Assembly: GCA_951406725.2 (NCBI GenBank)
Contig: OX597816.1
Location: 77,934,001-77,998,000 of the forward strand
Origin: Octopus vulgaris
Lineage: Eukaryota
Direction of reading: 5' to 3'
DNA length: 64,000 nt
Part shown: one piece after another, positions 29,502 to 42,244 of the stretch
Position numbering within the stretch: the stretch's first letter is position 1
Layout of the letters: every line of letters begins with the position of its first letter
The notes under the pieces: generated by a model
Told to the model about the DNA's origin: nothing
What the model saw: the letters and a program-made list of their open reading frames with translations, nothing else
The model's database searches: none
Made by a program: the position numbers and the translations under genes

Positions 29502-29695
29502 GGCAGCTAGCGGGTAGAATCATTAGAACGTAGAAGAAATACTTTATGGCATTCGTTCCGATACTTTGCTTTCTAATTTCGAGTACCGTCGAGGCCTTTC
29601 ACCTTTTGGAGTTGATAAAATGAAGTACCAGTAAAGCACTAGGGCCTTTGCAATTAAATAATCTTCACTCAATAATATTACAGGCCTTGTGACAA
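29502..29695 (+). mobile_element. SINE family A (diverged), in intron 2
   Basis: GTAGAATCATTAG..GTCGAGG..GTTGATAAAATGAAGTACCAG. Confidence 0.65.
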
Positions 29696-29739
29696 TTAGT
29701 ATTTGCTTGTCGATTATGGATATAAAATGCTGGCTTTGT

Positions 29740-30240
29740 TATTGTATTTCCTCGTGTTAACTTATTCATTAACAAATGGTCTTGCACAGACAGCGCCTTT
29801 CTGAAAATTTGAAGGGAGATTTAGGGGCGCTCACTTGTCGGTCCTGATGTCCAACGGCTTCATGTGGCATGATTTTTTTGTTTTTGCTTGTCTAATTCTC
29901 CGATGATAACTGGTACACCTTTCACTTGTGCTACTGGTTATCCCTACATTCTTGATATCTCTATATTTTCTATTTCTTTGTCTACAAGGTTTTTGCGTGA
30001 AGGAATTGAACGTTTGTAATGAGACATTATCTTTTTTCCTCCTGTCTAATATTTAATGGACAATATTTAATTATCCCATAAGATTTTTGGTTCACTAAGT
30101 TCATTTAGAGCTTTTACTGGTACGTGATTTTATCACTTGTCTTGAAGTGATGTATCCATGTTTTTTTACAGAGTAGCCAGTGAAAATGGGAAAAACCTTA
30201 TTAAGATGTCACTTTCTGAGATGACATTTTACAGACTGTA
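29740..30240 (-). mobile_element. R4/Dong-type LINE RLE/3' remnant, in intron 2
   Basis: Minus LEISRM..G..VKGVPVIIGEL-like RLE C-terminal motif; decayed. Confidence 0.5.
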
Positions 30241-30269
30241 ACAATATGATCAATATTTTCACACTCTAA

Positions 30270-30481
30270 GGCACCGAGCAGGCAGAATCATTACTGGACC
30301 AGGAAAAATGCTTAGTGACTTTTCTTTTGACTTTACGTTCTGAGTTCAAATGTCGCCAGGGTCTTATTCGCTTTTTATCCTTTCAGCGTCGAAAAAATAA
30401 GTACCAATTGAATATTGGGTCCGATATAATCGATTTACCCACTCCTCCGAAATTGTTAGCCTTGTGCCAAAATTTGAAACC
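30270..30481 (+). mobile_element. SINE family A
   Basis: GGCAGAATCATTA..AAATGCTTAG..TTCTGAGTTCAAAT..AAGTACCA..CCTTGTGCCAAAATTTGAAACC. Confidence 0.75.
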
Positions 30482-30689
30482 ATTCCGGAGTCACACTCTC
30501 GTTGAGTCATGATTTAGTGTCTCTGTGGAACTATCCATGTTACTGCATTTCTTCTAGTGCTTCGACTCTTTCATAAATTAATCTGCTTTGGTATGTTCTC
30601 ACCTCTTCAAATTCTACACAAACAGATCCCAGGTCTTTTTTACTCATTGCATGCTTGTGGCTTACTGATCTTTGTTCTTCGTTTACACA

Positions 30690-31770
30690 TTCATAAAATC
30701 CTTAGTCTTTTCTCTCCAATCTTCCGCACCATATATAAATGACGGGAATTTACTCGCAGAGGAAGTGTTTCAGGCATGGCTAGAAGTTTTCGTTTTTTGT
30801 GTCTTATGCATCTATTTCCTCTTTCGTCCAATGTATTAATCCAATGTTATAACACACAATGGCAACCACAGGTATTGATAACATTTGTCAAATTTCTTCA
30901 ATTAAGTTTCGATTTCAATACAAGACTTCATCTTTAATACATTGTTTTCACTATTTTTTCGATGTCATCGGATTCCAGTATGCCTAGATGCTTGTATCCA
31001 TTGTCATCTGGTTCTAAAATTGATTCATACGGTAAATTTATTTCATTAAAATTATCTCCCTTCCTTTCAGTCTTCTTTTTAAAGTTACCTTTGTCCAGCC
31101 ACTTCCATGATGCTTCCTGATCTTTTAAGTTACTTTCATGGTGGAACTGCTCATGTACTACCATGCTGAGTAGTCTTCCTTCTCTCTCTTTGACTATTCG
31201 CGAGCAGAATTGATTAACACTCTCAATTTCATTGCTAATAAATCCTCCTGCATTAGCAGCGTACTGCAGCATGTCTTGTTCGCTGCTTACCAAATACTCT
31301 GCCATGTTTCTTCTTTCACTGTCGATATACTCCGGTACGCTAATGAGGCTACGTCCACTTTTACACCTCTTCGTATAGAACCTGTGTACGTTCGCCTTAG
31401 GGTGAAGGGTACCAGCCATTGTCATCGCCTTTCGGGTAGTGCGATCAAGTTGGTAAATCTCCGCTCATGTTCATTTCAGGATAGGTGTACTATAGCGGAC
31501 TACATAAACATCCCATATGTTGATGGCAGTCACAAGGTTCCTTGAGTTGAAATTTGTCTTCAAGAGAAGTTTAGGGTGCTTCAAATATTTCCCTGTGCAA
31601 GATATTGTCCAGCTCCAGGATCCCAAGGCACTTGTACCCATCATCCGGGTCTCTCATTCACCCTCCGTTTGGCAGTCGTATGCCCCTACAATCTACTGAT
31701 TTTCCTCCTTTTCCAAGAGAGAAGCGCACACTTTGAGATCCCGAATTCCATTCCTATATTCTTGTTGTTG
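30690..31770 (-). mobile_element. Rearranged R4/Dong-type LINE fragments (RT C-terminus, RLE), in intron 2
   Basis: MTMAGTLHPKANVHRFYTKRCKSGRSL; GYKHLGILESD; MEFGISKCA; SWKWLDKGNFKKKTE. Confidence 0.8.
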
Positions 31771-31944
31771 TGATTATTATTATTACTATATTAGTAGTAG
31801 TAGCAGCAGTAGTAGTAATAGTAATAGCAGTAGCAGCAATAGTAGTAGTAGTGTTGTCATTGTTGTTGTTGCTATTGTTACTGATCTTATTCTTGTTGTT
31901 GTGGTTGTTGTTGATATTACTGTTATTCGTTCTATTCTTTGCAG

Positions 31945-32035
31945 GTGTAAATACCCCTTCGGAAAAAGAGGAAATGATGACACACGAAGTCGCTGGGAAG
32001 AAATCCTCAGTAGCAGCAAATGGAGGATGAGATGA
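31945..32035 (+). CDS. Exon 3 (terminal coding exon) of cysteine-rich peptide precursor: 8th Cys, G-KR amidation/cleavage site, C-terminal peptide
   Basis: Acceptor TTCTATTCTTTGCAG|G. The phase-2 join TC|G = Ser continues CKYPFGKRGNDDTRSRWEEILSSSKWRMR-stop (TGA ends 32035). It supplies an even Cys count and a GKR motif. Confidence 0.85.
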
Positions 32036-32132
32036 ACTTGCAGATTATAGAATCCAGAGAATTGATTGAACTAATCGACCAGTGCTTCCAGTTTGCCTAA
32101 AATCTCACTTTAAGGAACTGAGGATATGAACT

Positions 32133-32138
32133 ATTAAA
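32133..32138 (+). terminator. Candidate polyadenylation signal (ATTAAA) for the peptide gene
   Basis: ATTAAA about 100 nt after the stop codon, at the end of the unique sequence and before microsatellites resume. Confidence 0.35.
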
Positions 32139-32375
32139 ACCACTTTAAACACACACATGCACACACACATACACATACATACATACATACATACATATAT
32201 ACATACATAAATACATGTATGCATAAATACATACATACATACATACATATACATATATATAGCTACATATATACATAAATATAAATGCATACGTATCTGT
32301 ATGTATATATGTATATATGTGTGTGTGTGTATAAAGACATACACACACATATATAAATATATATATTACACACAC

Positions 32376-32421
<46 letters not shown>

Positions 32422-32608
32422 GTGTGTGTTTACAAACATTTCAACTACGATCTCTCCACCATTTTTGAGATGTAAATATTTTTTTTTAAATCAACCCTGC
32501 ATAAGTGCTCTCCGTATCATCTGGTTAAAATTTAACTTGTTGAAACGAAGACAGTTTTTCTGTGTAAGGTTTATTGAGTATACATATATGTGTGTGTATA
32601 TGTATGTA

Positions 32609-32675
<67 letters not shown>

Positions 32676-32784
32676 CTTAAAACAGTTTCACTTGGTTTCC
32701 GTGATACTTCAAGTTTCGCAGGCCCTTAACGTAGCTCGTCTTGTTCAGGCTCATACATACATACATACACATACACACATACAC

Positions 32785-32837
<53 letters not shown>

Positions 32838-33149
32838 GTACATACATACGTACGTATGTATGTATGTAAGTATGTATGTATGTATAAGTATGTATGTATG
32901 TATGTATGTATGTATGTATGTATGTATGTATGTATGTATGTATACGGACCAACAAAGAAAGAACCGTTTATGTTAAACATGGTATATATTTGTAGATTAG
33001 CAGTTATTTCCTTAAGTTAATTCTTCAGATTTCCACGATCCTCTTAAGAAGTAGACATTTGTCTGAGTGTCTTTGAAACTGATTAGTAATCATGGAAACT
33101 ATTAATTGTTAACATATATACATACACACATGCATACATACATACATAA

Positions 33150-33257
<108 letters not shown>

Positions 33258-33413
33258 AAGGATATTATTGTAATTTACGATTTTTTTCGTTATTGGTTCG
33301 TGGGTTTAGAATTTCTGCTCACTACCCCGATGTATCAGTGAAATTTGTGATTGCAGTCATCTTCTGACTGCTGTTTGTAGCATGGTGGTGCTATTTGTAG
33401 CACCCTTAATTAT

Positions 33414-33486
<73 letters not shown>

Positions 33487-34187
33487 GCTGTGTCGTTATG
33501 TATATGCGTATAAGTATGTGTACAGAACTATGTCTCTCTGTTACTGCAGAAAGAATAACTTCACTAAGAATGCGTACGACTTGTTCCTAGAATCGGAAAT
33601 ACCAAACTGCTCATTTTTCTGATCGAAGTAATGTATACACTTCTTCCCTACATAACTGTTGTTAGTACTTTTATTTATCTATATATTTATTTATTCATTT
33701 ATTTACTTATTGCTAACTACAGTATCTTGCCACTCGTTCAACTTGTGTATTTCATACTAATGACGCCGGAAGGTAATTTTCCTCTAGTCGTCCTTACATT
33801 TGTAACACTGTTGTTTCTCAATAAACATATGCATTTATCTTGTACTGACAGTCTTGACTTTGTCGTTGTTATTGTTGTTTGAGCTCGAGATATGATCTGG
33901 TTGAAATAAGCATTTGATTGAAATTACTCCAGCAATGACCACTTCGTCAATTTCTTTTTTTATGCTACATTATCAAAGTAGTCTTAAATTCTATCTTTTT
34001 CAAAGATGGTAGGTGTCGTGGTTTAAGAGAAATTGGATATTATTTCTAGCAAGTGGAGAGACCACGTAACTACATATCTAATCCCGTCATTGAAAACATT
34101 GAAAACAGTTAAATATTCTCTAAAACCTCTTGGTTCATAACATGAATAAGAAAGCATTATTTGTCTACGTTCGTGATTGAAATAACT

Positions 34188-34655
34188 ATTGGGTTGTCCG
34201 GAAAGTCCGTGCCGATTTTCAAAGGAAAGAAAAAGGTCAATAAATACTTGCCATTACATTTTTAATCAACCAAATATGAACCATTTTGTCTCCATCCAAT
34301 GTGTCTCCATCTTTCTTTTAACTTGAAAATACCCTCTTCCCAGAATTGAGGTGATTTCATGGCAAATAATTCATCAAGATATCTTTTTATGTCATCCAAG
34401 GAATTGAAATTTTTGCCATTAAGACTATTCTGCAGAGACTTGAATAAGTGGAAATCCGAAGGAGCAATATCTGGTGAATATGGAGGGTGGATTAACACAT
34501 CCCAGCCTAGCTGCAGCAATTTTGTCTGGTTCCCAAAGCATCAGGCGCCGAAAATGAACTTTCTTATCTTCCATTTTAAAGGGTTACATAATTAATACAG
34601 GTAATAGCAACATAAATCTTCTTCCACGAAAAGATAGCTTAAACTGTGCTCTAAA
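34188..34655 (-). mobile_element. Second copy of the internally deleted mariner (one TIR retained)
   Basis: LQLGWDVLIHPPYSPDIAPSDFHLFKSLQNSLNGKNF..FWEEGIFKLKERW; TIR ATTGGGTTGTCCGGAAAGT; same deletion junction as 24357-24905. Confidence 0.9.
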
Positions 34656-34656
34656 T

Positions 34657-34693
<37 letters not shown>

Positions 34694-35056
34694 CACAGAC
34701 ATATACACATGCACAGTTCTCATTTGCTAAATTCCACTGACAAAGGATTGATGAATTCGAGGGTAGACTAGAAGATACTAGCCCAAGATGCCGAGCATTG
34801 GGATCGAACCTGCATAAAATTTATAATGAAGCGAAATTCTTAACTGTTTGTCTATGCTTCTTCTGATATGCGTCTGAGAGCACGTACGTGTGAGTGTGTC
34901 TCTGTGTGTGTATATATATGTGTGTGTGTATTCACACTTCTGTGCACACACCTTCGCGCTCAAAAACACACACATGCTTACACACACATACATATATACA
35001 TACATATATATACATACACACACGCACTCACTCACACACACACACACACACACAAA

Positions 35057-35122
<66 letters not shown>

Positions 35123-35589
35123 CTCTTTTTGTATTTGTTCCGCAAAATTATTGAAGAAAAATCGGGTATTGAAACATATTTTGGAAGGTCATTTTGCTAA
35201 TGAAAACATACTTGCGTTTCATTTCTGTTTTGTTTTTTATAATTAGTCATTTAGTTAACTAATTAACCAGATCAGTTGCTTAATTAATCGATTAATCATT
35301 TGATCAGACAGTTAATTTATTTGTTTGTCAGACTCCTTCCATCGCCATTCGCAACTTCGTCAATGAAGTACTCTCGCTAAGCCAGTCAAAGTCTGTCATG
35401 ATATATTCAAGCGCTGTACTTAGTTAATTGGTAATTAGTTAACTAGTTGACAGATATTAATAAGTGAACTAGAACAAGTGAGTGTGAATTTATTGACAAA
35501 ATAACCCTCCTAGAACATTTTATCTATCTACCTATCTATCTATCAGTCTGTCTATTTATTTGTCTATCTGTCTGTCTGTCTATCTGTCA

Positions 35590-35624
<35 letters not shown>

Positions 35625-35685
35625 CGTATGTATGTATGTATGTATGTATGTATGTATGTATGTATGTATGTATGTATAAAAGTAT

Positions 35686-36420
35686 GTACACTCCTAAAAA
35701 ATTTCAGTGAAATTGCCATTACTCTGATAATATCGAAGGAAATCAAACGAAATTTATACTGGATAAAATATATTATAAATGCAAATATTATACAAATTTG
35801 AAAAACAAAACAATAAACATTTTCAAAGATATGAACGAAATATTAATTTTCAAACATTACAAAATTATGTACACCTTAAAGGACCATTTGTTATATTCAA
35901 TATTTGGTGTGACCGCCCTTGCTTTCAGTGACCGCATTAAGTCTTCCGGGCAAAGAGTCGACTAAATTTCCGCATATAACCGATGAAATCGACCTCCATT
36001 CATCCTAAATGATGTCTTTCCTCTGTTACATTGTGGAGTCTTTTCTTTTCAACCTTCATTTTCAAAACACCCCGCAGATGTCTTATTGGATTTAAATCAG
36101 ATTACATCGTAGGCCAAGGCAATACCTTTACCTTTTTTATCTGATAAAACTTAATCGTAACCTTTGAAGTGTGTTTATGGTCATTATTATGTTGGAACAT
36201 GCTTTTCAACATTACTTTCTGCAATATGTTACAATAAAGCCTTGAATCCATTGTTCTCCCAATAAATGTGAGTCCTCCCACACAGCCGCATTCATGCATC
36301 CCCAAAGCATAACACTTCCACCGTCGTGTTTCCCAGTAGGCACGGAACATTTTTCGCTATTATCTTCACCCGGTTGTCGCCATACTCGTTTAATACCATC
36401 TGAACCAAACAAAATTATTT
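35686..36420 (-). mobile_element. Tc1-type (DD34E-like) transposon remnant
   Basis: GSDGIKRVWRQPGE..PTGKHDGGSVMLWGCM; FQHNNDHKHTSK..KVLPWP..SDLNPI; TA-CACTCC terminus. Confidence 0.85.
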
Positions 36421-36801
36421 TATGCAATATTATTTCCGGTAATTTAGCGCGCCAAAACGAAGACTTTTGAAAAAAAAAACACAAGTGTAATAGGTAGAAT
36501 TGCATACATATTTGACCACGTGTTGATGTCTGGTGTGTAGTTCTACAAATTATATCTGTATGAACGATCATACTGAAGATCTACAGATAAATTGCGTAAG
36601 TAAAATTACGTAATTTGTTGATAGTGAAACATTGTTTATGATTAATCTATATTTTTGTTACTTTTCATTTGTCTTGCTCGCTTACGTTTCTGGTGTTTGC
36701 TAAATTTTCTAGAGAACAATTCTTAGTGGTAAGACCATAGCAGATCTTCTTCTAGCATAAGGGTTTCCACATAATGGCAATTGCCTCTTATATGTATGTA
36801 A

Positions 36802-36890
<89 letters not shown>

Positions 36891-38437
36891 GAGAGAGAGA
36901 GAGATTTTCTTAAAAATTAACTATTTGAAAACATCTTAGTAAAACAGAACGACACGAATCTTCTGGGGTGAGTTTTCGTATTGTGTGTGTAAGCGTTTTC
37001 GTTGTTAATTTTTTTTTTCAAACACATGTGTTATTGGGTAATCCATATAGAGATAGTTGATTTCAGAAGCGGTGCCGACAATTTCCGTTCTAGCTTCGGA
37101 TTTAGAATTCTTATAAAATCTTCTTTTGTATGTCGTAGTTGATCGTCTTCTTCCGTTACTTTGAAAAAAGGAAATATTTTGAATTTCCACTTGAACAAAT
37201 GTTCACCACATTAAGCATTTCAAAGAGATGACTCTTTAATTTGTTGGTGTACTCTCATGCGATGTATTAATTTTAATCCAGTTTAGCCAATTTAATTTTC
37301 ATTGGATTGTGAGTATGCAATGCTATAATTGTGATTTTTTGTTTTGCACTTCGTGTTTGCATTTACCTTAACTTCCCATTCTTGAATATTTTTGTTTGTT
37401 GCTTTTTCAATTATTTCAGGCATCCTATAACGAAGGCGTCTACCTTTTTTTTACTGGCATTATATGTTCTGGTATGATTTTCTTCTTTTGTTAAGAGTCT
37501 TTTGAGATTTGGCAGGTGTCTTCGGTTGTTGGTAATCTGTGATTCTTTAATCATGTTGACGATTGATGTGAAATTGGAAAATATCGTTTAGCCGAATGTA
37601 AAATGTGGTTTCTAGGATTATGGGTGACTTACAGCATCTTCAAGAAAATGATGTTGTACTTCCGCGAATAAAGAAGTCTTTCTAAGGTCGTGGCTTTTCC
37701 CTCGAATTACCAGCCTTAGGAACTTTCTTCCATCTCATTGTTTTCCTGCTTCTTATGACCTGAACTCTTTCAAGTCTATTGTAAATTCATTTGTTTCGTC
37801 TTAATTTCTAATTATTGCTTTTCGCCTTGTTTAGGATTTTAAGAAATTATTAGAAAAAATTATTACATTAGAAAAGAAATCTAAATCAAAAACTACAATG
37901 GAAATTGTCAACATTCTTAGAACAACCTCCTCTATACAGATTACTCCATAACGCGTGTACTTGAAATCTTTAACAACGAAAGTGCTTACAAAGGCAAGCG
38001 ATACGAAAACTTCCTGCTTTAAGGTTTGTGTTGTTCTGGTTTCCTAAGATGTTATCAAATAGTTAATAATTTTTAAGAAAAGCTTTCTTCAAATATTGTT
38101 AATTAATCAAATACTTTTTGCAGAGAACTCTGATACAGTTCAGAAGTCGATTAAGGCTATTCAGCATTTTTTTTTAAAATTCATACCTTGATACTGTGTA
38201 TACTGAGATCTCCATTGACATGCCGCTGATATTAAATAAAGTGTTAAATACTTACGGTATGCAAATTAGTTTCTCCGGTTCTCTGTAGGTACTAGACTTG
38301 TTGAGTACATAAATAGATTGGCTGCTTATTTCTCTGGAATTAGTTAAATGATGTAGACATTAAGGATGTTTATCATTTATTTCAATCTACAGGAATCTAC
38401 ATTTATTTCAATCTACAGGAAAATAGTTAAATTTGTC

Positions 38438-38730
38438 AAGGCGCGTGGTCCTAGTGTTTAGGGTGTTGCACTCACGATCAGGTGATAATGAGCTCGATTC
38501 CCGGACCAGGTGGTGCATTGTGTCCTTGGGTAAAATACTACATTTTCATCTTACTCTGCAGATAGGACAATAGCAGAATCGTTGGCGCTCAACGGTGTAT
38601 CTTTCGGCTCCCTACATTCTGAGTCCAAATTCCACTTGCCTGGAAAATGCAACGGGAAACCACTCCAGTCTAATCATGGTAGCTGAAATTCCAGTAATCT
38701 ACTTAACGGTTGCAGGGTAGGTAGAACAGA
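38438..38730 (+). mobile_element. tRNA-derived SINE (with a nested family A fragment)
   Basis: GGCGCGTGGTCCTAGTG.TTAGGG A box, GCTCGATTCCCGG B box, TGTGTCCTTGGGTAAAATACT core. Confidence 0.6.
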
Positions 38731-38770
38731 GAGAGCATATGCACAGAGTGCATGTGTATTTTTGCATATG

Positions 38771-38845
<75 letters not shown>

Positions 38846-38891
38846 CACTATTTACAATTGACGGATATTTGTCCTCATCTTGTTTGTTGTT

Positions 38892-38937
38892 AACACGGCG
38901 TTTCGGCTGATATACCCTCCAGCCTTCATCAGGTGTC
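38892..38937 (-). ncRNA. Minimal hammerhead motif HH1 (intact core, CGCC at the cleavage site)
   Basis: Minus: GACAC-CTGATGA-A-GGCTG-GAGGGTATAT-CAGCC-GAAA-CGCC-GTGTT. Confidence 0.7.
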
Positions 38938-38984
38938 TTGGGGAAATTTCGAACCTGGGTTCTCATTCCTAAAGTAGTTTGCGA

Positions 38985-39051
<67 letters not shown>

Positions 39052-39101
39052 ACATCGAAAAATACCTTAGGAATGAGAACCCAGGTTCAAAATTTCCCCA
39101 A

Positions 39102-39147
39102 GACACCTAATAAAGGCTGGAGGATATATCAGCCGAAACGTAGTGTT
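39102..39147 (+). ncRNA. Minimal hammerhead motif HH1 (mutated core, intact GAAACGTA site)
   Basis: GACAC-CTAATAA-A-GGCTG..CAGCC-GAAA-CGTA-GTGTT. Confidence 0.6.
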
Positions 39148-39359
39148 GGCAACAAACAAGATGAGGACAAATATCCGTCAATTGTAAATAGTGCAAATAA
39201 TGTACATAATTCCTCATCTCTTAAATAAAGAAATGTAATTATTTTTTAATTACTATAATTGTTGCGTGGAAACAATTGTAGTGATTAAAAAATAAATGCC
39301 AACCGTACCTCCTTCTTGTTGACTCCAATTTTTTCAATTATATGTGTGTATGTTTGTAT

Positions 39360-39411
<52 letters not shown>

Positions 39412-39429
39412 TTGTGTGTGTATTCTAAG

Positions 39430-39555
39430 GGCTTCTACAAAGTTTCCGTCTACCAAATTCACTCGCAAAGCACTGGTCGGTTCGATGCTATAGTAGAAGA
39501 TACTTGCCCTACGTTCCGCGTAGTGAGACTAAGCCTGAAATCTCTAGGCTGCAAA
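39430..39555 (-). mobile_element. SINE family B, 5' half
   Basis: GGGCTTC..AGTTTCCGTCTACCAAATTCACTC..GCTATAGTAGAAGATACTTGCCC. Confidence 0.75.
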
Positions 39556-40047
39556 CTAAAATTCGCTGGCGTATATTTGATCCATCATTCAATCCTGTAT
39601 CAACATTAGCCTTGAATATAATCAAAAGAAATAAATATAAAAAGTATAAGGACAGCGGGTTTACAGAAAGGCTGGAGTGCTGAAACGGAAGCCTTATGCT
39701 GCTTGTCTCCCTTTTCTTCATTTTGAATTTAACTCACTCAGATTTTGACCTTGCTTTTCATCCAACCATGATCGATAATATTAGAACAAATAATATATAA
39801 TTTTTCTATTAAATCTTCTATATCAACCCACTATTCATACAAAATCAATACTGTATCTGAAACAATAAATCAAGATTATGCTTAAATTCGGTTCAGTATT
39901 AAATCTCTTGCAGTCTACGATGGAGACTTTGTACGGCTGATTGACACGACAGAGCGCCTCAAGCGAATCATTCCTACAGAATGTGTGTGTGAGAGAGAGT
40001 TCCCTATAACATCATTCACTTCATTATTGTTATTATTATTTTTATTA

Positions 40048-40117
<70 letters not shown>

Positions 40118-40119
40118 CA

Positions 40120-40208
<89 letters not shown>

Positions 40209-40255
40209 TCAATTACTATTATTTACAGTCTTCTAAATTCGATTACACGCACACG

Positions 40256-40292
<37 letters not shown>

Positions 40293-40491
40293 CAAACAAA
40301 CAAAAAAACGAACACACGTAATGCAAAAATTAAAAACAGTAAGAACGGTTTGAAAAAAAGCACAAAAAATAGTACAATCCGATGAATAAAGTATTAGATT
40401 AACGATTGCTTGAAAAGATTGTCTTTGTTTCGGGTGTGATTCCTTCTTCGGCAAGAAGACAGGAGAGAAGATGGGAAGAAGCGTTTGTGGA

Positions 40492-40565
<74 letters not shown>

Positions 40566-40629
40566 TGATGATGATGATGATGACGATGACGATGTTGATG
40601 ACGATGATGATGATGATGATGATAATTGA

Positions 40630-41580
40630 TCACCGTAAACGTGATGCACCCACAAACATTTAAGAAACAAGATGAAGAAAGAGTAAGCAACTGGAAAAGG
40701 AAACCATGCCTCAGAAAAATCGAAGGAAAAAAAAATCAACGCTTGGAGATGGCTAAGAAAAAGTGATCTGAAAGGAAGCACTGAGGCATTGATATACAAC
40801 GTTCAAGAACAAGCCCTGAGAACTAATTAGACCAACATCCAAATACATAAGAGCAGCGAATCGCCCCTTTGTGGGATGTGTGATAGCAGAAACAAAACAG
40901 TCTCACATATTGTGAGTGTGTGTAGCAAGCTAGCCCAAAATCACTGCAAAAGGAAGCACGATAACATGACTATGTTGCTCCACTCGATTCTATGTGAAAA
41001 GTACGGCCTGAACAGAGCACGGAAATGGTAGGAACATGAACCAGAATAAGTCACTTGGAGCAAGGAATATAAGATACTGTGGCATATTACAATTCAATGT
41101 AACTCTCTAATCGATGCTTGGAGATCAGATATTGTTATGGTAGATAAAGGAAAAAAGGAAACCAAGATTATAGATATTGACGTAGCTGTGGATGCACGCA
41201 TAAGTGATAAAGAATTAGAAAAGACTGAAATATATAGACCACTAAAAGATGAAATTGCAAGAATGTGGACTATGAGGAGAGTATCTGTCATTCTAGTAGT
41301 TGTAGGGGCACTTGGAGCACTAACAGCCAATTTCGAGAAATGTCAGAGAAATCGGAACTGACATGAGAGCAGTACAAAACTCAAAAAACTACTCTGTTGG
41401 GGACAGTTAGAACTTTTTAGATTGGCACTGGGATATTGAATGTGTCCCACGAAAATTAACAACCAAGTATCAAAGCTTATAATGCGCGGGAAAAGACCCT
41501 GTGAGACTTCTGACAGCAGAATGCTGTCCGCTCTCACAGAATCTACTAGAACAAATAAGACTGAGCGTCCTGAGAAGTAA
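40630..41580 (+). mobile_element. R4/Dong-type LINE 3' part (CCHC + RLE)
   Basis: AWRWLRKSDLKGSTEALI..QEQALRTN; PLCGMCDSRNKTVSHIVSVCSKLA; DIVMVDK..IIDIDVAVD..KELEKTEIYRPLKDEIARMW; flanked by (AAT)n. Confidence 0.88.
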
Positions 41581-41612
41581 AATAAAAACAACAACAACAA
41601 CAACAACAACAC

Positions 41613-41680
<68 letters not shown>

Positions 41681-42165
41681 TTGTTTTTTTCTTGGTATAA
41701 AAGACGTGCTACAGCAAATATTCTGTTCAATACCATAGATTTGCTTGTCAGTTGTTTGACCTTAACCAGTTGAGCATGTCCCTTAGTGGCTGACGATACG
41801 TGCATCTCTGATCATGAGCAGAAGTGGTGGGGGAGCATCAGAGCCATGTGTTGAGAGGGATTCTTTGGGGTTTGAATAATTCACCTCTGGAAACATGGGT
41901 GTTTCGTTCATCATTCTTAAACAACCCTTATTCAGGGACCTTTTGAGCGAGATGGGTTACTCGACCAGAAGAAAATTTTAACTGAGCCCCATCTGCAAGG
42001 TCATGTGCTGTTTATCTTGATATGAGATCACCTTGTTGCGCACATATAGTTGTGATGCGTGTGCCTAGTTTACCCTTATCAGACGGGTAGTCATGATGGG
42101 TGTACTGGGCTTCGTATATTTTACCCCAGTGTCACTTTGATGGCATGTACTGCTCTCTCACTCAA
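41681..42165 (+). mobile_element. Non-coding 3' end (3'UTR) of a Dong-type element between two (AAT)n tracts
   Basis: 41850-42165 is the diverged reverse complement of 1084-1415, the tail of the LINE at 974-3388; it ends CTCTCTCACTC-(AAT)n. Confidence 0.8.
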
Positions 42166-42172
42166 TAATAAC

Positions 42173-42242
<70 letters not shown>

Positions 42243-42244
<2 letters not shown>

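Larger units (their letters stand above)
38840..39228. mobile_element. Head-to-head inverted pair of HH1 hammerhead-bearing repeats around an (ATT)n tract
   Basis: 38840-38988 is the diverged reverse complement of 39051-39198; (ATT)n spacer 38988-39050. Confidence 0.85.

Noticed and set aside
31733-31944. 5' part of the 100-aa ORF 31733-32035
   Set aside because: It is a LINE end plus microsatellite; only the part after the acceptor at 31944 is considered coding.
38253-38340. Minus-strand exon-like segment ending in GTAAGT
   Set aside because: Short, weak acceptor, no recognisable protein and no partner exons.
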